Of a stretch of DNA of 64,000 bases, positions 37,271 through 45,336 are shown in pieces. This stretch comes from Candidatus Doudnabacteria bacterium. GTDB taxonomy: Bacteria > Patescibacteriota > JAQUNI01. How positions within the stretch are numbered: the first letter of the stretch is position 1; every line of letters begins with the position of its first letter. The notes beneath the pieces were generated by a model. The model worked only from the letters and a program-made list of their open reading frames with translations, searched no databases and was not told where the DNA came from. A program made the translations under genes and the position numbers. The stretch spans positions 84,603 to 148,602 of the forward strand of contig JBAZQX010000002.1 of the NCBI GenBank assembly GCA_041644975.1. The letters are read 5' to 3'.

Positions 37271-37284
37271 AAAGTCTTTGGCGT

Positions 37285-37460
37285 GAATAAACCCCGTTAG
37301 ACCCCATTAGAAATTTATTTCTAATGGGGTAAAATAAATCTCGCCTGTTTTGGGCGAGGTTTATTGTTTATACTTCCATTATGGTTTATTCCGTCCAGGA
37401 TAATAACGGAATAGTTTATCCCGTTAGATGTTTGCTATATAACGGGGTTTACCCCTATTT
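37285..37460 (+). repeat. repeat family D (nested palindromes built on ccccgttagaaataaatttctaacgggg), complex copy
   Basis: accccgttagaccccattagaaatttatttctaatggggt ... ctcgcctgttttgggcgag ... agtttatcccgttag ... taacggggtttacccc. Lies between the 37067 gene and the first NUDIX gene. Confidence 0.65.
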
Positions 37461-37494
37461 TTATTGATGTTATAATATTCAATGCCAATCAAAT

Positions 37495-37896
37495 ATGTTT
37501 AATGATATGCTTAAAATTATCGTCGTTTCCGGACCGGTGATTGTGGAAGACGGCAAAGTCTTATTAAATCAGCACGGCGAGGATAATTTTTGGAAATTCT
37601 GCGGAGGCAGGGTGGAGGATTATAACGTTGATTTAGCGGAAAACGCGCGGCGCGAGGCGAGAGAGGAAATGGGGATTGACATAGAAGTGATTAATAAAAA
37701 TCCTTTTATTATTTATCTCCAAAAAGAAACAGCGGAAGGTAAAGTTGATGTTATTTTAGCGCATTTCTTAGCAAAAAGGATAGGTGAAGTGAAACCTGAT
37801 TCTGAAATCAGGGAGTGGAATTGGTTTTCTATGGATAACCTTCCCGGAAATATAGCGCCAAATGTGAAGCCAGCCTTGAAGCATTTTGGATTTTAA
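37495..37896 (+). CDS. NUDIX hydrolase
   Basis: 133 aa. Nudix box GGRVEDYNVDLAENARREAREEMGI (Gx5Ex7REUxEExGU). Confidence 0.8.
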   Translation: MFNDMLKIIVVSGPVIVEDGKVLLNQHGEDNFWKFCGGRVEDYNVDLAENARREAREEMGIDIEVINKNPFIIYLQKETAEGKVDVILAHFLAKRIGEVKPDSEIREWNWFSMDNLPGNIAPNVKPALKHFGF

Positions 37897-37907
37897 GCCG
37901 TCTATTA

Positions 37908-38075
37908 GCGAGCGAGCCTCGATATCCCTCACTTTACAAAAGTGAGGGATGAGCGAAGCAATCTCATAAGACTCAATATTCATTGAGTTTTAAAAAATTA
38001 TTTAAATGACTTCGAATATTGTCATTAATGAGATTGCTTCGTCGCTCCTTAAGGGTCGCTCCTCGCTAATAGACA
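37908..38075 (+). mobile_element. MITE-like element family E (opposite orientation)
   Basis: Starts ccgtctattagcgag (reverse complement of the ctcgctaatagacgg end) and ends ctcgctaatagacaaagtg. Internal ccctcactttacaaaagtgaggg hairpin. Sits between the two NUDIX genes. Confidence 0.6.
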
Positions 38076-38082
38076 AAGTGCG

Positions 38083-38520
38083 ATGGACAATACTAAAAAA
38101 CCCGGCGTGGGCGTAGGAGTAATGCTTTTAAAAGAGGGCGAGGTCTTGCTCGGCAAGCGGCATTTTGATGCGGCGCGGGCGGACAGCGAACTCCACGGCG
38201 AAGGCACTTGGACTATGCCTGGCGGTAAACTGCATTTTCACGAAGAATTGGAGGGCGCGGCGTATCGCGAGGTCTTGGAGGAAACAGGGGTAAAAATCGA
38301 TCAAAAAAAACTAAGGATGATTAGTGTCACCAATGATATTGTTAAAGACGCGCATTTTGTGACTATTGGTTTTTTATGCGAAGATTTTCGAGGCGAACCA
38401 AAGGTAATGGAACCCGACGAGATTACAGAATGGCGCTGGTTTGCTTTGGACAAGCTGCCTCATCCAATTTTCTTTCCAAGTAGAAAGATTTTAAATAATT
38501 TTTTGAAAATCCAAAAATAA
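38083..38520 (+). CDS. NUDIX hydrolase
   Basis: 145 aa. Nudix box GGKLHFHEELEGAAYREVLEETGV. Confidence 0.85.
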   Translation: MDNTKKPGVGVGVMLLKEGEVLLGKRHFDAARADSELHGEGTWTMPGGKLHFHEELEGAAYREVLEETGVKIDQKKLRMISVTNDIVKDAHFVTIGFLCEDFRGEPKVMEPDEITEWRWFALDKLPHPIFFPSRKILNNFLKIQK

Positions 38521-38562
38521 GGCGAATACCCTTTGAAATCTTTGGCTTGGATAAAAAATAAT

Positions 38563-38586
38563 CCGCTTTTGCAAGCGGTTTCTTTA
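38563..38586. terminator. bidirectional terminator between convergent 38083 (+) and 38623 (-) genes
   Basis: aatccgcttttgcaagcggtttcttt. A-rich on the 5' side and T-rich on the 3' side. Confidence 0.6.
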
Positions 38587-38622
38587 TGAGACTGGAGGGG
38601 GAGGCAATTGTATGTCTCTTTT

Positions 38623-39162
38623 TTATGGGTTGGGTGGATGATGAAAGCGGGCGACTAAATCCATAATTACCTTTTTGATTTTTTGCGGATGGGGGAGGGC
38701 ATTGAAATAAAATTTATCCTGCTCCGCGCCTGCGGATTCAATCTCAATGTCGCCATAGTTTAAAAACGTGGCGAGGATGCCAAACATTTTAATGGAAATG
38801 TCCTGGATATTATATAACTTCAATTCATTTAAGTTATATTTAAAAAATCCTTTTTGTTCATTCTCTATGACTCTTTTATTAGTGACAATTACCGTGTTTA
38901 AGGTGTAAATCATAATATTGTAAAAAGCGATCATCCATAAAATAAAAAGATAAACAGCCGCTAAAAACCAATAGACAGAGGAGAAGATTTCATACCAGCC
39001 GCTTGCCGCAATCAAAAAATAGACCCAGAAAGGAATTAAAGCGAAAAGGGCAAGGACGAAAAGAGGTCCGAATAATCTAATCCAGTGCCGGCGAGTGAGC
39101 AAAATAACTGTTTCATCCGGCTGGCGGCCGCGGAAATTATTTGTGGAAGAAAATATAGGCAT
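38623..39162 (-). CDS. membrane protein with bacterial PH-like (YdbS/YdbT, DUF304-type) domain
   Basis: 179 aa on the minus strand. Two TM helices, then VIVTNKRVIENEQKGFFKYNLNELKLYNIQDISIK, the typical bPH_2 beta-sandwich motif. Confidence 0.6.
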   Translation of the reverse strand: MPIFSSTNNFRGRQPDETVILLTRRHWIRLFGPLFVLALFALIPFWVYFLIAASGWYEIFSSVYWFLAAVYLFILWMIAFYNIMIYTLNTVIVTNKRVIENEQKGFFKYNLNELKLYNIQDISIKMFGILATFLNYGDIEIESAGAEQDKFYFNALPHPQKIKKVIMDLVARFHHPPNP

Positions 39163-39200
39163 AATAAAAAGTGAAAAGTTAAAAGTGAAAAGTGAAGATA

Positions 39201-39437
39201 CTAAAAGATGTTTTGGGAGATTTCGTCCCAGTTAATTTGGCGATAAAGGATAAGAATAATGGCGAAAAAAATAAAAGAACCTAAGAAAAAACATAGGGCT
39301 AAAATCTTAGGTTTAGCCCCCACACCAAAGCGAATGAAATGATAGATAATGCAAAAAGCATACCAAAAATAGATGACAAGGACTACCAAGAAAACAATTA
39401 AGGGAAGATTAAAACCATTTTCAAAAATAGAACCCAT
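39201..39437 (-). CDS. small membrane protein (hypothetical)
   Basis: 78 aa with two TM helices. Co-directional with and upstream of the PH-domain gene. Confidence 0.35.
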   Translation of the reverse strand: MGSIFENGFNLPLIVFLVVLVIYFWYAFCIIYHFIRFGVGAKPKILALCFFLGSFIFFAIILILYRQINWDEISQNIF

Positions 39438-39650
39438 ATTTTATGTTAAGTATAGTTGAATCTATTTTAGCAGGAATCAAATAAATTGGCAAAGAGTTTT
39501 CCCGCGTTTCTAATTATGTTAAAATAGAATCAATTAAAAAATAAAGATAAAACTATGCAATTTAGCGAAGGTATTTTCATGTCGCTTAAAAGAAATTAAA
39601 ACTTGGTTAAAAAAATTAAAATAATTTGTAAAAAATCAAACAAATAAAAT

Positions 39651-40550
39651 ATGGCTGAACCTATTCAGGGTACCTATGTTTGTGGAGATAAAAGTTGCGC
39701 TACTTTCTTGGGAGAGAGCGCGGAGAATTGCCCTCAAGACTGCTTGCCTAGTGGAGGAGGCGCAGAAGGCGCGACCCCTTCTATTATTGATTCTCTGGCG
39801 ATTCACATTAACCCTTGGCTTCTCTTGGCGGGGATTTTAATGATGCTTACCCTCGTCATTCCTTTAATTTATTGGCGCAGGAAAGAAAAGACTCCTTGGC
39901 GTTTTTTCGCTTGGGGAGCACTGATTTGGACTATTAATATTATTATTAAAGCTACCTTAGATTTTACTTTTAATAACACAGTTTTTGCCGCCGTGGGCGG
40001 GATCACGTTTTTTTACGCTCTTTATTTTGGCATCCGGACTGGAGTTTTTGAAAGCGGTCTTTCTTATCTCTTTATTCGCTTGAAAAAAAGAATGAAAGAG
40101 GCGAATTGGGGTGAGGCGGTGGCTTTTGGGATTGGGTTTGGCGGTCTTGAAAATTTTATCCTGGGTCTACAATCATTTTTGACGGCTGTTGTTTTGCTCG
40201 CTGCTCCGGAGGTTCTGCAAAGATTTCCTTCTTCTTTGCAAGCCGAATATCTCAAGGCTTACACCGCTTCTTCTTGGATTATCTTCGCGCCCGCCTTGGA
40301 GAGGATAGCGGCGCTTTTTGCCCATATTTTAGCGAGTGTGCTCCTTTTTGCGGCCGTGAAAACCGGCAAAATGCGTTATTTTTGGTATTCGTTTCTTTAC
40401 AAAATGATCATTGATGGGAGCGTTTTGTATCTTACAAAAATTTCCGTCTCCTCTTTTTTAACCTCGGTTTATTTAGTGGAGATTCCGATTATCATCTATG
40501 GTTTGGTCGGTTTTTGGGGATTAAAGCGGTTAAGGAAAATATATTCTTAA
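39651..40550 (+). CDS. polytopic membrane protein with N-terminal extracytoplasmic Cys motif, possibly YhfC/CPBP-like intramembrane protease-like
   Basis: 299 aa. N-terminus CGDKSCATFLGESAENCPQDC is the same Cys module as in the 27272 protein. About 7 TM helices. GFGGLE and FAHILAS segments hint at an intramembrane metalloprotease-like core. Weak. Confidence 0.6.
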   Translation: MAEPIQGTYVCGDKSCATFLGESAENCPQDCLPSGGGAEGATPSIIDSLAIHINPWLLLAGILMMLTLVIPLIYWRRKEKTPWRFFAWGALIWTINIIIKATLDFTFNNTVFAAVGGITFFYALYFGIRTGVFESGLSYLFIRLKKRMKEANWGEAVAFGIGFGGLENFILGLQSFLTAVVLLAAPEVLQRFPSSLQAEYLKAYTASSWIIFAPALERIAALFAHILASVLLFAAVKTGKMRYFWYSFLYKMIIDGSVLYLTKISVSSFLTSVYLVEIPIIIYGLVGFWGLKRLRKIYS

Positions 40551-40559
40551 GGATTCTTG

Positions 40560-40690
40560 GATTATGAAATTCTTAAGATACTCCTTCTTCGTCAAAGGAA
40601 AGTAAAACTTCTCCCCTGACACTTGTCTCATATTTTGTGCGGGAAGGGGAGATTAGAGAGGGGTTTATTATCAATCAGCGCGCATTATTT
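40560..40690 (+). repeat. GC-rich structured intergenic element (family-E core-like)
   Basis: See 58930 entry. Lies between 39651 gene and 40829 gene. Confidence 0.45.
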
Positions 40691-40828
40691 TACAAGGCGC
40701 GGAGGAAAAGACCGCAGCCTTGTTTTTTTATTGAAGATTTGCTAAACTATCTTGTTTTACAAATTAAGTATGGAATCGGTTGTTAATAGAGAAATATAGA
40801 TTGACGGCTTTTTAAACAAAGGAGATGA

Positions 40829-43087
40829 GTGATGGAAGAGATTAATGTATTTATCCCTGGGAAGATTGTGCGGTTGTCGGTAGAAGATTTGGAAGGTAAT
40901 CAAAGCGAGGAGCGCTTTAAGGTCCAAAAGAGACTCGGCACGGGTTACGCGGGCGAAGTCTATCTCTTGACCCATCAGGATTCAGAAGAGCAGAATTCAG
41001 AAGAGAAGGTAGTCTTGAAAATTATGCGTTCGGGCAATTTTTTAAAGAGAATTATCGCGCTCTTGGCGCGGCTATTCGCTACTTTTGATTTTGCTTGGTG
41101 TGAGGCGGAGGTAAAGATGGCGGTTTTGCACCATACGCTTTTACCCCTTGCGGTCAAAAAGAGGACAGGAAAAGATTATCTCATCCCTTCTTGGCGCCGC
41201 AGTTATACTTGGATTCCAGAAAAGAAGGCGTGGGGGATTTTTTTAGAGTATGATGATCTCCGTTCTGCCTATCATGGGACATTGTCCGGAGTAGGCGATC
41301 TAGAGGTTAAAGAGCGGGCGGGGGCAGCCCATATTTTAATCGATTGTTTCAAGGGGGTTGGCGCTCTTGCCTTTGCGTGGCAGTTTAATCATTTTAAACG
41401 CGAGCCGAGAGGCAGGTGGTATGTCTGGTACACCCTGTTTTGCGCCTTAGCCGTTCTTCTTCTCACCATCTTTTTAGACCTTCCTTATGATCCAAAAGTG
41501 AATGTGCTGGCGGTTTTGTGTCTTTTTTTCAGTCTCGCAGGCGCCTCTTGGTTATCCGCGGATAATCTTAAAAAAAGTGAAAAGTACGGATTTTTCCGCG
41601 GTCCGGATTTAGAGCTGGGAATGCCGCACATTGGGTTCTGTCTGCCTGTAGGATTCCTGGTTGTGTCAGCTCTCTCTCTGATGCATAAATTTTGGGGACT
41701 TTCTCCCTCTTGGGCGATTTTTTTAGCCTTACTCTTTTCTCCGGGTTATCTTTTCTTGTTTGAGTTGCCCTTGTTTTGGGAGAATATCAAGAAGGGCTAT
41801 CCTATTCCTTTTGGACAATTGGAGATAGAGGGGTTTGCTTATGCTTTCGGGAGTGATCCGGAATTTCAAGAAGATATTGAGCGATACCGCTCCCTACTTT
41901 ATCAGTTTGAGTCGGGAAGACTTAATCCGATTAACCGTTTGTTCGTTCTGTTGGTTTTAAGGCGGCTTTTGCCTTTTTTTGGGCGGGAATGGCGGTCGCG
42001 CACGATTGAACGTTGGGAACTGAAGGAAAAAATCACTTTAGAGCGAGTGCGGAAGATGCGAGAAAATTTTGCTCATTATTTCTTTTTCTTGGTGGTAAGT
42101 TTGTTTGGCATAATCCCTTGGCGTTTTATTTTAGACCGCGTTTTTCGCCATAGGCAAATCATTTATCGGAAGATGAAGCGGCTGGAAAAGATGTTGCAAA
42201 AAGGGCAGATAAGCCGCCGGACGGCAAGAGGATTAGCTCTGGTCGGAGTAAGCTTATTTTCTTTTTTCTTAAGCTTTATTCTGATTAGGAAGTTTTATCG
42301 CCTTGTTTTTGAGCGGCATTATCGGAGGCTTTGGCTGCGCAATACCTTTAAGATTTTCTGGAGCAGAGAGTTTCTGAAAAGGCGGGCGGTCGCTCGTTTT
42401 CAGCGCTATCTGACGAATCAAAGGCGCGATGGCCGCATCACGGATCAGTATTATTACAGGATAAAGCATTTACAGAAAGTAACCGCTATTCACTGGTGGT
42501 TAATCCTGTATTTTAGCTTGCTTGCCCCCAAGTCAGTCACTTGGTCTGTGCGCATCGCGGCAGTTTCAGGATTTTTAATGGCCCGGAAGTTATTAGACAT
42601 AATGCCGGGATTGCCTAACTGGCTTGCCGAGATCATCAGGTATGATATTATTCCGCACGTGCCGGGCTGGCTTGCCGCTATCATCTTGGGGCTGGGAATT
42701 ACAGCCTTATATGAGATCGTGGCCACACTGATCTTTGGAGCGTTTTTTCTCCTGCGGCTTATTCCGCGGCTGAAGGTGGAGAGGTTTTTAGTGGGTCGAG
42801 TTATTGTGGCTTTGTTGAATTTTCTCCTGTATGTTATTTTCGCTTGCCTGAATGGCGTCCCCGGATTTTCTATTTTAGGAGTGCCATTGGCTGTGTCTTC
42901 AACACCCTATCATTCTTCCTTTTGGCTGTTAACAATAATCCGTTGGCAGTCATTGTTCTTGGGATTTATTCGTCTTATATCCCTTGGAATGTGGGATAAA
43001 GGAGGACTGGGGGAATTCTATTTTGCCGAGCTTGGCGTTAACAGCCAAGCCCGTATTGTTCTTAAACTTTGCTCCCTGCCTGTTTAA
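40829..43087 (+). CDS. protein kinase-like N-terminal domain fused to large polytopic membrane domain (hypothetical)
   Basis: 752 aa. Gly-rich loop LGTGYAGEVYL and the lysine strand VVLKIMR are followed by a hinge-like FLEY. No canonical HRD/DFG is seen. More than 10 TM helices follow. Confidence 0.65.
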   Translation: MMEEINVFIPGKIVRLSVEDLEGNQSEERFKVQKRLGTGYAGEVYLLTHQDSEEQNSEEKVVLKIMRSGNFLKRIIALLARLFATFDFAWCEAEVKMAVLHHTLLPLAVKKRTGKDYLIPSWRRSYTWIPEKKAWGIFLEYDDLRSAYHGTLSGVGDLEVKERAGAAHILIDCFKGVGALAFAWQFNHFKREPRGRWYVWYTLFCALAVLLLTIFLDLPYDPKVNVLAVLCLFFSLAGASWLSADNLKKSEKYGFFRGPDLELGMPHIGFCLPVGFLVVSALSLMHKFWGLSPSWAIFLALLFSPGYLFLFELPLFWENIKKGYPIPFGQLEIEGFAYAFGSDPEFQEDIERYRSLLYQFESGRLNPINRLFVLLVLRRLLPFFGREWRSRTIERWELKEKITLERVRKMRENFAHYFFFLVVSLFGIIPWRFILDRVFRHRQIIYRKMKRLEKMLQKGQISRRTARGLALVGVSLFSFFLSFILIRKFYRLVFERHYRRLWLRNTFKIFWSREFLKRRAVARFQRYLTNQRRDGRITDQYYYRIKHLQKVTAIHWWLILYFSLLAPKSVTWSVRIAAVSGFLMARKLLDIMPGLPNWLAEIIRYDIIPHVPGWLAAIILGLGITALYEIVATLIFGAFFLLRLIPRLKVERFLVGRVIVALLNFLLYVIFACLNGVPGFSILGVPLAVSSTPYHSSFWLLTIIRWQSLFLGFIRLISLGMWDKGGLGEFYFAELGVNSQARIVLKLCSLPV

Positions 43088-43112
43088 AAAACAGCGCAGG
43101 GTTTTTTATTTT
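43068..43112 (+). terminator. terminator overlapping the stop of the 40829 gene
   Basis: ccctgcctgtttaaaaaacagcgcaggg + ttttttattttg. Confidence 0.6.
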
Positions 43113-43118
43113 GTATTT

Positions 43119-43284
43119 TTAATTACGAAATACATTTTGTTATTGCGAGAAGCTTGATTACACTCCCCCTGCCCTGAGCGGGGAGATAAGAGGGGGAGGG
43201 AGAATAGTAGACCCCTCCTAATCTCCCGCTTCTCTAAGCGGGAGGAAAAATCCTTCGCTAATAGACGGTAATATTTCGTAATTC
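43119..43284 (+). mobile_element. MITE-like element family E
   Basis: Left TIR attacgaaatacattttgttattgcgag. Right cttcgctaatagacggtaatatttcgtaat, near-reverse-complement of the left. The core ccctgagcggggagataagagggggagggag...ctcccgcttctctaagcgggagg is strongly self-complementary. Confidence 0.7.
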
Positions 43285-43308
43285 AAGCTTTTGTAATATA
43301 ATGGGGTT

Positions 43309-43986
43309 ATGATAAGCAACAAAATTTCCCGAGCCGTCATCCAAAAAATAGAAAAAGAAGCTAAAGAATATTTTCGCGGTGCGAGTGGCTGCCACGATTT
43401 TAGCCATGTGGAAAGGGTTTTGAAACTCGCGCTTCACTTGGGTCGCAGAGAAAAAGCGGATTTAGGCATTTTAGAGGTCGCGGTTTTATTGCATGATATT
43501 GGACGGCGCGCAGAAATGAAGGCGAAAGGAACTTTTTGTCATGCTGAAGCTGGGTCTGCCTTGGCGCAAAAAATTTTAGGGAAGTATAAATTTGATAAAG
43601 ACACGGTGAGGAATATTATTCATTGCATCAGGACTCACCGTTTTCGCGACCGCCGGAATGTTCCGAAAACCATTGAGGCTAAAGCGCTGTTTGACGCGGA
43701 TAAATTGGATTCTATCGGCGCGGTTGGCTTGGGTCGCGCCTTTCTATTCGCGGGTGGCGCGGGTTCGGGTAATCTTTATACGGGCAATGAGAGACGTTTA
43801 GCGAAAACAGGATGCGACTACTCTTTTACCAAGGAGGACTCTGCTTTTCTAGAATACGAAATTAAACTGAAGAAAATTAAGGATGTGATACTTACCGCAA
43901 GCGGCAGGAGGATTGCCCTTGGCCGGCATAGGTTTATGGTCAGTTTTTGGCAGCAGTTTTGGCAAGAGGTGGCAGGGAAAAAATAA
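43309..43986 (+). CDS. HD-domain metal-dependent phosphohydrolase
   Basis: 225 aa. H...HD motif: FSHVERVLKLALHLG ... LLHDIGR ... second His region IRTHR...DADKLD. Confidence 0.85.
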   Translation: MISNKISRAVIQKIEKEAKEYFRGASGCHDFSHVERVLKLALHLGRREKADLGILEVAVLLHDIGRRAEMKAKGTFCHAEAGSALAQKILGKYKFDKDTVRNIIHCIRTHRFRDRRNVPKTIEAKALFDADKLDSIGAVGLGRAFLFAGGAGSGNLYTGNERRLAKTGCDYSFTKEDSAFLEYEIKLKKIKDVILTASGRRIALGRHRFMVSFWQQFWQEVAGKK

Positions 43987-44000
43987 TGTTATAAAAATTT

Positions 44001-44561
44001 ATGCGCAAATGGAGATGTCAAAAATCAGAACTCATTTTGGATACGAAATATTTTAAAGTGCGCAAGGATACTGTCAAATTACCGAATCAAGAAATGATAG
44101 AATGGATTTATTGGGACAGCAAAGATTCGGCAATGGTTTTGGGTATGACTCCGGATAAAAAGCTGGTGATGATTCGGCAGTACCGTTATTTAGTAGGCAG
44201 GGAGGTATTGGAATTTCCCTCCGGCGGCTTGCATAACAATGAGAATATTGAGGAATGCGCGCGGCGGGAATTTGAAGAGGAAAGCGGGTATAGGTGCAGT
44301 CAGCTAATTAAGCTCGGTTCATTTTATGAAACCTATAGCCAACTTAATCGCGAAATCCATTTGTTTTTCGCGCCGCAAGCGCGAAAAACCAAACAGAATC
44401 TAGATCAAGGCGAAAAAGGTTTTGAAGATATCAAGGTAGAGCTCGTGGAGTTTAAGGACGCGGCGCGGATGGCATCCGACAATACTATTGTCGCTGTGGG
44501 CTCGGCTTTAGCAATTTTGTTACTAAAGGAGAAGATAGAAAATAAGGATATTAAAATTTAA
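44001..44561 (+). CDS. NUDIX hydrolase (ADP-ribose pyrophosphatase-like)
   Basis: 186 aa. Nudix box GGLHNNENIEECARREFEEESGY. Overall length and layout like NudF. Confidence 0.8.
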   Translation: MRKWRCQKSELILDTKYFKVRKDTVKLPNQEMIEWIYWDSKDSAMVLGMTPDKKLVMIRQYRYLVGREVLEFPSGGLHNNENIEECARREFEEESGYRCSQLIKLGSFYETYSQLNREIHLFFAPQARKTKQNLDQGEKGFEDIKVELVEFKDAARMASDNTIVAVGSALAILLLKEKIENKDIKI

Positions 44562-44573
44562 AACTATTCATTT

Positions 44574-45227
44574 ATGGCGAGTTTTAAAATTCATATTTCT
44601 TTTGGAATTATTTTGGGTATCATAGCGATGGCCGCGGTTTTGTTTTACACCTCGCTTGCCGGTGGTTTTTTGTTCGCCGTTTTATTCTTTTTAGCTATTG
44701 TTTTAGGTTCCTTTTTGCCTGATTTTGACAGTGATGAAAGTATGCCTTTTCAAATTGTTTTCGGATTAGCGGCTTTAGTTTCCGCGGCGATCATTCTGAT
44801 CTATTTTTATAAGCAAGATCCGCACAATCTTAAATTTTTAATCGGCGCGCCCCTTGTCGTTTTTATTTTTATCCGATTTATTTTGGGCGCGATTTTTAAA
44901 AAGTTTACCCACCACCGCGGTATTTTTCATTCCCTGCCGATGATGGGTGTGGCGGCGCTCTCTTCGCTTTTAATCTTTAGCCAATTTAATTTTTCGCCTC
45001 GCGAAAAGATTCTGCTCGCCGGGGGCGTGGGCTTGGGATTTTTAGGGCATCTTATCTTGGACGAACTGAAATCAGCTGCACGCTTCAGAGGGATTTTTTT
45101 GATTCCGAGCCATTCCTTGGGGAGTGCTTTGAAATTGGTATCGCGATCGCGGATCGCGACTGTTTTTCTTTATTTAATTCTAGCGGTTTTAATTGGTTCA
45201 AACTGGCCGATCCTGAAGCAATTTTGA
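44574..45227 (+). CDS. membrane-bound metal-dependent hydrolase-like protein (DUF457/YdjM-like)
   Basis: 217 aa with 5-6 TM helices. HHRGIFHSLP and GHLILDEL His motifs are typical of DUF457. Confidence 0.55.
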   Translation: MASFKIHISFGIILGIIAMAAVLFYTSLAGGFLFAVLFFLAIVLGSFLPDFDSDESMPFQIVFGLAALVSAAIILIYFYKQDPHNLKFLIGAPLVVFIFIRFILGAIFKKFTHHRGIFHSLPMMGVAALSSLLIFSQFNFSPREKILLAGGVGLGFLGHLILDELKSAARFRGIFLIPSHSLGSALKLVSRSRIATVFLYLILAVLIGSNWPILKQF

Positions 45228-45336
45228 ATGGGTTAGCGACAGCCCTTGAAGAGACTATTATTTGATAAGACCATCTTTAAGGTGTCGTTCTGGGAGATTA
45301 TATGGTAAAATAGAAATAGAAAATTAAAATAAAAAT

